Of a DNA stretch of 64,000 bases, positions 56,579-64,000 are shown one piece after another. A model generated the notes under the pieces. That model had not been told where the DNA came from. It did not search any database and was given only the letters and a program-made list of their open reading frames with translations. The stretch covers positions 864,001 through 928,000 of the forward strand of contig CP067995.1 in assembly GCA_045159875.1 (NCBI GenBank), given 5' to 3'. This DNA comes from a cyanobacterium endosymbiont of Rhopalodia gibba. Its GTDB lineage: Bacteria > Cyanobacteriota > Cyanobacteriia > Cyanobacteriales > Microcystaceae. Position numbers and translations under genes: made by a program. How positions within the stretch are numbered: position 1 is the first letter of the stretch; each line of letters opens with the position of its first letter.

Positions 56579-57349
56579 GTGACACAGGTTTCATTTCGGT
56601 CTAGACAACGCCAGTATCTTCTCCCACCTTCATTATTGAAATGTTTCAAGAATTCAATGATGACTATTCTGAGCCAAAGAAGATGGCGTAAAAGGGGATT
56701 ATGGTTAGTGGGGTCAACCGGTCTAACCTTTATGGTCGCTTGGGATTGGAAACTAGTACTAGCCACCACCATAGGTGTTCTCTTAATGAGACTAATGTAT
56801 CAAATTCAAGGGGGAAACTGGCAATGTCGATGGTCGTACTACCGTGAATTTCTCAGAGGATCTTCAGGTAGATTAGTCCTAGCAGTAAGTAGTGGAGGTT
56901 TAGGGGCTATAGTAGCCTACATTGTTGTATCTGTCTGGGCTAATTCTGAGAACTGTTGGTTAGCTATAGGATGTATTACACAAGGGATAGGAACTCTACT
57001 TAGCTTTGGACTGTTACTCTGGCAAATTGTTCAAGGTAGAGAGAAGAGCTATGAAAATCAATTTGATCAATGGATATTAGATTTAACTAGTGCTAATTCT
57101 CTTAAACGATTAATTGCTGTTAAAAGTCTGGCGAATCTTTTGAAAAAACAGTGGTTTAACTATCATTACCACCAGCAGCTTAGAGATTATTTTAAATTAA
57201 TGTTAACCAAAGAAACAGAATCATTAGTCCGTCAAGGAATTTTAGAGGGATTAGCAATGTGTAACGAGCAAGAAGTATCTAATTTAAAGAAAGATACAAC
57301 AATTAGTCTGAAGCAAAAATTTATAATCCATAAAGAGCAAGTCGTATGA
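56579..57349 (+). CDS. Conserved cyanobacterial membrane protein with C-terminal HEAT/armadillo-like repeat
   Basis: TM segments (WDWKLVLAT, LAVSSGG), DLTSANSLKRLIAV, ETESLVRQGILEGL. Confidence 0.7.
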   Translation: MTQVSFRSRQRQYLLPPSLLKCFKNSMMTILSQRRWRKRGLWLVGSTGLTFMVAWDWKLVLATTIGVLLMRLMYQIQGGNWQCRWSYYREFLRGSSGRLVLAVSSGGLGAIVAYIVVSVWANSENCWLAIGCITQGIGTLLSFGLLLWQIVQGREKSYENQFDQWILDLTSANSLKRLIAVKSLANLLKKQWFNYHYHQQLRDYFKLMLTKETESLVRQGILEGLAMCNEQEVSNLKKDTTISLKQKFIIHKEQVV

Positions 57350-57384
57350 TATATAAAGTAATTATGATTTAATATTAAGATTAA

Positions 57385-58065
57385 ATGATAATAATTAGTA
57401 TTATTATTCCTGTATTAAATGAAGAAACTTTCATTGTAAAAACTTTAAATAATCTGCAGATAAATGAAGCTATCGAAGTGATTGTTGTTGATGGGGGAAG
57501 TAAAGATAATACTGTTCAATTAGTGCGGAATATGGGAGTAAAAATCATACAGCTTACTCAAGCTAGTCGATCATTACAAATGAATCAAGGGGCGTTATTA
57601 GCCACGGGAAATATTCTTTTATTTCTTCATGCAGATACTATATTGCCACAAGGATATGATGAGCTGATACTTAATAGTTTTTCAAACTCAAAAATCGTTG
57701 GGGGAGCTTTTAAATTAAAGATCGATCTTCCTCTATTTTCACTTCGTTTAATTGAAATTTTAGTTAACTGGCGATCACAAATTTTCTCTATTCCTTATGG
57801 TGATCAAGGAATTTTTGTTAAGACCTTAGTATTTCGAGAAATAGGAGGGTTTACAAACTTTCCCATCATGGAAGATTTCGAATTTATACAGAAACTCAAC
57901 AAACGAGGTAAAATCGTCATCGTATCAGCTAAAGTCGTGACCTCTGGCCGTCGTTGGCAAAAATTAGGAGTAGTTAAAACAACACTTATTAATCAACTGA
58001 TTATTCTAGGATACTATCTAGGAGTTCCTCCGAAAAAATTAGCGCAATGGTATCGAGGAAAATAA
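57385..58065 (+). CDS. Glycosyltransferase family 2 (TIGR04283-like)
   Basis: SIIIPVLNEE, VVDGGSKD, QMNQGA, LLFLHADT, PYGDQGIF, IMEDFE, VTSGRRW. Confidence 0.88.
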   Translation: MIIISIIIPVLNEETFIVKTLNNLQINEAIEVIVVDGGSKDNTVQLVRNMGVKIIQLTQASRSLQMNQGALLATGNILLFLHADTILPQGYDELILNSFSNSKIVGGAFKLKIDLPLFSLRLIEILVNWRSQIFSIPYGDQGIFVKTLVFREIGGFTNFPIMEDFEFIQKLNKRGKIVIVSAKVVTSGRRWQKLGVVKTTLINQLIILGYYLGVPPKKLAQWYRGK

Positions 58066-59488
58066 CAAATCTTTAATATCTAAACAATATTACTGATAAA
58101 AATCAATATCTCTTAAAATTAACTAGTAGAAAATATAAATTTTTAAAGAATGAAAGAATATTATAAGCTATATTGAAGATTAAAAAATTAAAGATCCAAG
58201 TAGACTTTTTTGAATCCTGCTTCTAAGATTAGTGAACCATAACATTTTTGATTAAAATATATTGCCCTTAAAATATAAAATATATAGAAAATTATTGCTA
58301 ATTTAGACTGAAAAATAGTTCAAATCATAAAGAGTTGAAAATTATGAATTAACAAGTTAAAAATATAGTTTTTAACAGCAAAAATAAGTTGTATTTTACA
58401 ATTTATAAAAAATAAATACTATAGCAATTAATAATTAAAAAAGAGATGATTTAACTTTTAATTTATGGGTTTTGGCATAACCAATAGTATATTGTATGAC
58501 GCAAAAAGTACAGGAAAATATTTTATTTAAAAATCTTCTCATTTTTTAAATTAGGTGACATTACATGAGAATACAGAAATATATAGAAAATGTAGTTTTA
58601 AAGTAAGATCTGGATATTATCATTTATATGTTTCTATACTTTTCTATGAACCCATCGTATCTTGATTTTTCAGACTATTAAAGAACTAAGATATGTAATT
58701 TTTATCTCTTTTATTCATTAGTTGATGGGAGAATTTGACTGGATATTTTAAGAAATATAAGATTTTTTTTTATATTAATAATATTTTTTATTTACCTAAA
58801 GGGTACGCTAGCGCTAATTTTTAATATACAAAAATAGTAATAATTTCTATTTTTAGGGGAAGATCAATGACAAAATTATTAGCAATAAATTCTCAGCAAT
58901 AATGCAGATATTGAAGAGTGCCATTGATAAACTTGGAGCAAAATTTATAGATTTTTATCTAGTAAACTTAAGAGAGTAAATCGACGCTATTAATGACTGA
59001 ATTTATAGTCCCATTAATAATATACTTTATAAAGTAGGATGTGCAACAACTCAATAAGCTCAAGAATAAAATGCTATTTTTCTATTTAAACCCTTAAATT
59101 TGTCAGAAGAAAAGTGATCTAAGTCCTACAATATAATTAAATTTTTAATTAACTGAAGTAGACCAGAAATTATTTGCAAGTTTATTGAATTTTAATCCGA
59201 TACATATCAGTTGTTTAAAATATGAATGTGAATATGTACGGTAACTCAATCAATTATTTTAGTGGCATAAAAAAATGATTTTAAGTACATTTAAAAATTT
59301 AAAACTGTTTTGATAAAAGTTATCAAATAATCAATCTTACGGGAATTGTACCTATTGTACCTAAGATGAATTTTGCTGAATCCTATGGAAGAAATTATAG
59401 ACTTATTTTTCTCAAAAGCTCAAAACTTAAAACAGCTGCCCCTATCGCCCAATGCAATAACAATCCTTACTACCCTACCTAACTAGAA

Positions 59489-60492
59489 TCAATCTTTCCA
59501 GTTGCGAGCAACGATTTTAGCTAAGTCTACAACCCGTTGAGAATAACCCGACTCATTGTCATACCAAGCAACAACTTTAACTATGTCGCCACCCATTACC
59601 ATGGTTAAGCTAGAATCAACTGTAGAAGAATGGTCAGTTCCACGATAGTCACAGGAAACTAAAGGTAAATCATTGTATAATACCCTTGATGGAACTCTAA
59701 GAAGCTTCTCGCAGCATATCATTCACTTGTTCGGCAATGGTGCTTTTTTTAACCTGTATGATTAAGTCCACAACAGAAACGTTAGGAGTGGAAACTCGCA
59801 TTGCAATCCCATTAAGCTTGCTTTTCATCTCAGGAATGACCAAAGCAACTGCCTTAGCTGCCCCTGTAAATGTAGGAACAATATTAACGGCAGCAGCTTG
59901 CGCTCAACGTAAATCACGGTGACTAGCGTCAAGAATGCGTTGATCTCCCATGTAACTGTGGGTGGTCGTCATAGTTCCTTTGATGATGCCAGAATTATCA
60001 TTAATAACCTTTACCATAGGAGCTAAACAGTTGGTAGTACAACTGGCATTACTGAGCACATTATATTTATCATGATTGTAGTCTTGATGATTAACCCCAA
60101 TTACATTGATTCCTATATTACTATCCTTCCCAGGAGCAGTAATCAATACTTTTTTTGCTCCTGCTACTAGGTGTTTAGAAGTACTTTTTTCAGTAACAAA
60201 AAACCCAGTAGATTCTATAATCAAATCAACTCTCCACTCAGTCCAAGGTAAATTTAGGAGGTTGAGATCAGAAACACATTTAATCGTTAACGATGAGAGA
60301 GTTTTCATCAACCTGAATATCTGCGTCTAACTTACCTAATATCGAATCATGTTTAAGTAAATGGGCATTGGTTTTAGGATCAGAGGTATCGTTGATTCCA
60401 ACCAATTGTAGCTGACTATCTCTCGGTCCCAACCAACATCGTAGAAAGTTACGTCCAATACGTCCGAACCCATTGATGCCTACTATAATCAC
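59489..60492 (-). pseudogene. gap2: Calvin-cycle NAD(P)-dependent GAPDH pseudogene
   Basis: Full length, with Gap2 signatures ([33 protein letters not shown]). Broken by a frameshift near 60285, TGA at 59904-59906, TAG at 59697-59699 and a frameshift near 59678. Confidence 0.93.
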
Positions 60493-60816
60493 TCTATTGT
60501 TCCTTCTGTGCTTAAGATCAATAGATTAGATCTTTATTAATGACCACAATCATACCGTAAAGCCTAAAAAATTCGATCCTTAAATTACAATTTTTTTTAA
60601 CCGAACAAATTTAGTTATGAACAGGAAACTTCCAAGATAATAATGGCAAAATATAGAATAAATTTAACTTTAACTTCTTTTCAGCTACCCTAATTCAGGT
60701 CAAAAACAGTACCAAACATCACAACTAATAAAAATACAATTGATGACCAAGTGGTCAGTTTTTGATATCATAGCCCGTAATTGATAAGCAACGACGTTTT
60801 GCAGTAATCGTGCGGT

Positions 60817-62322
60817 GTGTTAGGAGATATAACGGTGAAAACGGTTGATTTTAGTGGACGGCCTTTCCATTTCATCGGAATCGGCGGGATAGGGATGTCG
60901 GCTTTAGCTTATGTTCTAGCTAAGCGTCAGATTCCCGTATCTGGTTCCGATTTACGATCAAGTCATATTACAAAAAGATTGCAAGAAGTTGGAGTACATA
61001 TTTTTAGTCGTCAAGAAGCGATTAATCTAGAACTCTTTCATTCTAGCAACGGACAAATCACTGAACCTGTCCCACCTTTGTTCAATAATTCAACAACATC
61101 TCTGGTTAATCAAAATGGACATGATAACGAATTAAGTCCGAAAAGGATTTTAACTGAACAGTTACCTCAAGTTATATTTTCAACAGCGATTGCTCAAGAT
61201 AATTCAGAATATAGGGCTGCTCAGGAAAAGGGATGTCCAATTTTCCACCGTTCTGATGTCTTAGGCGCTTTAATTAAAGATTATCAAAGTATTGCAGTAG
61301 CTGGGACTCATGGGAAAACCACTACTAGCAGTCTTTTAGGTTACGTGCTGCTCAAAGCCGGACTCGATCCAACTATTATCGTTGGAGGAGAAGTAGATGC
61401 TTGGAAAGGTAACGCTCACTTTGGTTCTGGTAAATACTTAGTAGCTGAAGCAGATGAGTCTGATGGCTCTTTAGTGAAACATTTTCCTAGTATCGGAATT
61501 ATCACTAATATTGAACTTGATCATCCAGATCACTATAAAAGTCTAGAAGATGTAGTAAAAACCTTTCAGATTTTTGAAACTCAATGTGAAATATTAGTAG
61601 GGTGTGTTGACTGTGAGACAGTGAGAACTCAGCTAAACCCCACTATTACCTATAGCCTTGATCTTCATCAAAAAGCAGATTACATTGTTAAGGAAATTAC
61701 CTATAGTCTTGAAAACACAACGTTTGAAGTTTGGGAAAGAGGGCGGTTTTTGGGGCAAATGTGCCTAACTATTCCGGGAAAACATAATGTTAGTAATGCT
61801 TTAGCTACTATAGCCGTAGGGCGCGAATTGGGACTAGATTTTAAGATAATTGCTGAGGCATTAGCTACCTTTAGCGGAGCAAAACGGCGTTTTGAATACC
61901 GGGGTCAAACCCATGGTATTACATTTGTTGATGATTATGCTCATCATCCTAGCGAAATCCGAGCTACCCTCTCGGCAGCTCGTTCTAAGGTTGGGCAAAA
62001 CTCTCGTGTGGTTGCTGTTTTTCAACCTCATCGTTATAGTCGTACTGCCACATTTTTAGAAGAATTTACCACTTCTTTTCAAGATGCAGATTTCATTGTT
62101 CTAACCGATATTTACAGTGCCGGAGAGGCTAATGTTGCTAATATCACAAGTCAAGACTTAGTTAATGAGATTAAACGTCATCATTATGAGGTGATCTATC
62201 AACCCTCTTTAGAAGCTTTAATTGAATCTCTTCCTAAACTTTTGCGACCTGGAGACTTAGTTCTGTTTTTAGGTGCGGGGAATCTTAATCAAATTATTCC
62301 CCAGGTAATCGCTAGTTTTTAA
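60817..62322 (+). CDS. murC: UDP-N-acetylmuramate--L-alanine ligase
   Basis: FHFIGIGGIGMSALA, AGTHGKTTT, EADESDGS, NIELDHPDHY, DDYAHHP, FQPHRYSRT. Start may be the GTG at 60835. Confidence 0.97.
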   Translation: MLGDITVKTVDFSGRPFHFIGIGGIGMSALAYVLAKRQIPVSGSDLRSSHITKRLQEVGVHIFSRQEAINLELFHSSNGQITEPVPPLFNNSTTSLVNQNGHDNELSPKRILTEQLPQVIFSTAIAQDNSEYRAAQEKGCPIFHRSDVLGALIKDYQSIAVAGTHGKTTTSSLLGYVLLKAGLDPTIIVGGEVDAWKGNAHFGSGKYLVAEADESDGSLVKHFPSIGIITNIELDHPDHYKSLEDVVKTFQIFETQCEILVGCVDCETVRTQLNPTITYSLDLHQKADYIVKEITYSLENTTFEVWERGRFLGQMCLTIPGKHNVSNALATIAVGRELGLDFKIIAEALATFSGAKRRFEYRGQTHGITFVDDYAHHPSEIRATLSAARSKVGQNSRVVAVFQPHRYSRTATFLEEFTTSFQDADFIVLTDIYSAGEANVANITSQDLVNEIKRHHYEVIYQPSLEALIESLPKLLRPGDLVLFLGAGNLNQIIPQVIASF

Positions 62323-62413
62323 AACATCCTATCAGTCTCCTTGTGTCTGGAAACAATTTAGATGATTTTCAGTTCACCGTTTTCAATTGACCTCCCATTA
62401 AACTAGTAAACTA

Positions 62414-63340
62414 ATGATTAAAGCTTTATCTTCTCCGATCCGACTGCCAGCAGCCAATTGTCATATTTTTCCTAATTTTTCTTTAGCTAATCAAACTTCC
62501 TATCGTGTAGGAGGTGAAGCTCGATGGTATGTAGCTCCTCGTACTTGGGAAGCTCTACAAGCCACCTTTGAATGGTTTCAAAAGCAAGATATTCCTCTGA
62601 TATTGTTGGGGGCAGGTTCTAATCTTTTGATTAGTGATCGCGGAATCGATGGCTTAGTGCTAAGCACCCGCTATCTACGTTATCGTAACTTTGACCCCGA
62701 AACAGGGTGTGTTACTGTAGCTGCTGGTGATCCTGTGGCTAAAATTGCTTGGCAAGCTGCTAAACGGGGTTGGCGCGGCTTGGAATGGGCGGTAGGTATC
62801 CCAGGAACTGTCGGAGGAGCAGTGGTAATGAATGCGGGAGCTCATCGTCAATGTGCTGCTGATTGTTTGATCAGTGCAGTGGTGGTGTCTCCTGATGGCA
62901 CAGTAGAAACTCTTACTTCCAAAGACCTTGACTATAGTTACCGCACCTCTTCCTTACAAGGAGCTGAGAAACTCGTTTTAGAAGCTACCTTTCAATTAGA
63001 GATGGGATTCAGTCGTCAAGAAGTGATGGCAACCACTCAACATAATCTCCAACAGCGTAAAAGTTCCCAACCTTATGATAAACCTAGTTGTGGGAGTGTA
63101 TTTCGTAATCCTACTTGTCATGCTGCGGGATGGTTGATCGAACAATTAGGCTTAAAAGGATATCGTATTGGCAATGCAGAAATTTCCCATCGTCATGCTA
63201 ATTTTATCCTTAACTGTGGTCAGGCTAAAGCACAGGATATTTTTCGCCTAATTTATCATGCTCAAGAACAAGTAGAAGCTCGTTGGTCTTTATTACTGGA
63301 ACCAGAAGTCAAAATATTAGGTAAGTTTTCTGCCTCCTAA
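62414..63340 (+). CDS. murB: UDP-N-acetylenolpyruvoylglucosamine reductase
   Basis: SYRVGGEA, LGAGSNLL, GIPGTVGGAVVMNAGA, SCGSVFRNP, HANFILN, LEPEV. Confidence 0.97.
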   Translation: MIKALSSPIRLPAANCHIFPNFSLANQTSYRVGGEARWYVAPRTWEALQATFEWFQKQDIPLILLGAGSNLLISDRGIDGLVLSTRYLRYRNFDPETGCVTVAAGDPVAKIAWQAAKRGWRGLEWAVGIPGTVGGAVVMNAGAHRQCAADCLISAVVVSPDGTVETLTSKDLDYSYRTSSLQGAEKLVLEATFQLEMGFSRQEVMATTQHNLQQRKSSQPYDKPSCGSVFRNPTCHAAGWLIEQLGLKGYRIGNAEISHRHANFILNCGQAKAQDIFRLIYHAQEQVEARWSLLLEPEVKILGKFSAS

Positions 63341-63436
63341 GGCTGTCGGAAACACCACAGGAATACTAAGATTAACTAATAGAGTTCCCCATTAGGCTCT
63401 AGCTCATTATCATCAGAATCAATACTCTTAAAAAAT

Positions 63437-63781
63437 ATGACAAAAGGACAAGGATTTGGATTCGGATTAGGCAAAATTAGAGAATTACAAGAAGCTTTCC
63501 AAAAAGCACAACAAGTTCAAGTTGGAGCGCAAGAACTTCAAAAGCAATTGGAGGAAATGGAAATTGAGGGAGCTTGTGGGGGGGAATTGGTTAAAGTTGT
63601 CATGAGTGGCAACCAAGAGCCTCTTTGCGTTGAAATTACCCCAGACGCGATGGAAAAAGGGGCCGATAGTCTTTCTCAATTAGTTACTGAGGCAATGAAA
63701 GATGCTTATGCTAAGTCTGCCGAAATGATGCGGACTAAGATGGAAGAACTTACCAGTGGTTTGAATCTTCCAGGAATGTAG
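63437..63781 (+). CDS. YbaB/EbfC-family nucleoid-associated protein
   Basis: [44 protein letters not shown]. Confidence 0.92.
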   Translation: MTKGQGFGFGLGKIRELQEAFQKAQQVQVGAQELQKQLEEMEIEGACGGELVKVVMSGNQEPLCVEITPDAMEKGADSLSQLVTEAMKDAYAKSAEMMRTKMEELTSGLNLPGM

Positions 63782-64000
63782 TTCTTAATAGCTTACAGTT
63801 TATATAGATTCGTCCAAGCAATTGCTATCTATTGCCTAATGGTAATTGCTCGGAAGGATTTATTGAATTGCTTGAAAGTCACTGAGAAGCACACAATATA
63901 GCGTCTAGGTAGTTATTATCGGAAGTATGTTACCTCACAAGCTAAAAGTCCCGCTTAAAATTGAGGTAGGGTATGAAGAAAAATTGCCAAAATACAAGGT

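Overview
A 64-kb segment of an AT-rich, gene-poor cyanobacterial chromosome. About 31 apparently intact CDS and 2 tRNAs cover roughly 56% of the window, separated by 1-2.5 kb AT-rich spacers that contain decaying genes. Retained genes are mostly housekeeping: crhR-rimO, murA/murC/murB, ribBA, trmD, rpoC1, glk, gcvT, glnA with a canonical NtcA promoter, clpS, and both CC-adding and A-adding tRNA nucleotidyltransferases. An intact 40-aa ndhP was missed by the ORF track. Photosynthesis-linked genes are broken (gap2, apcF, ycf34), and gun4 has an early stop codon. This pattern points to a non-photosynthetic endosymbiont undergoing genome reduction, most resembling the spheroid bodies of rhopalodiacean diatoms; that assignment is an inference. 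The strongest signals not explained by gene content are (i) many long, mutually unrelated, perfect or near-perfect palindromes in the decayed spacers, (ii) erosion of the HIP1 octamer GCGATCGC at one specific C, (iii) a tRNA-Leu(CAG) with A37 in place of G37, and (iv) an RND permease lacking its docking subdomains, paired with a small secreted 4-Cys protein. I found no CRISPR array, prophage, intact transposase or clearly new multi-gene system. All family calls come from manual translation and motif recognition, not database searches.
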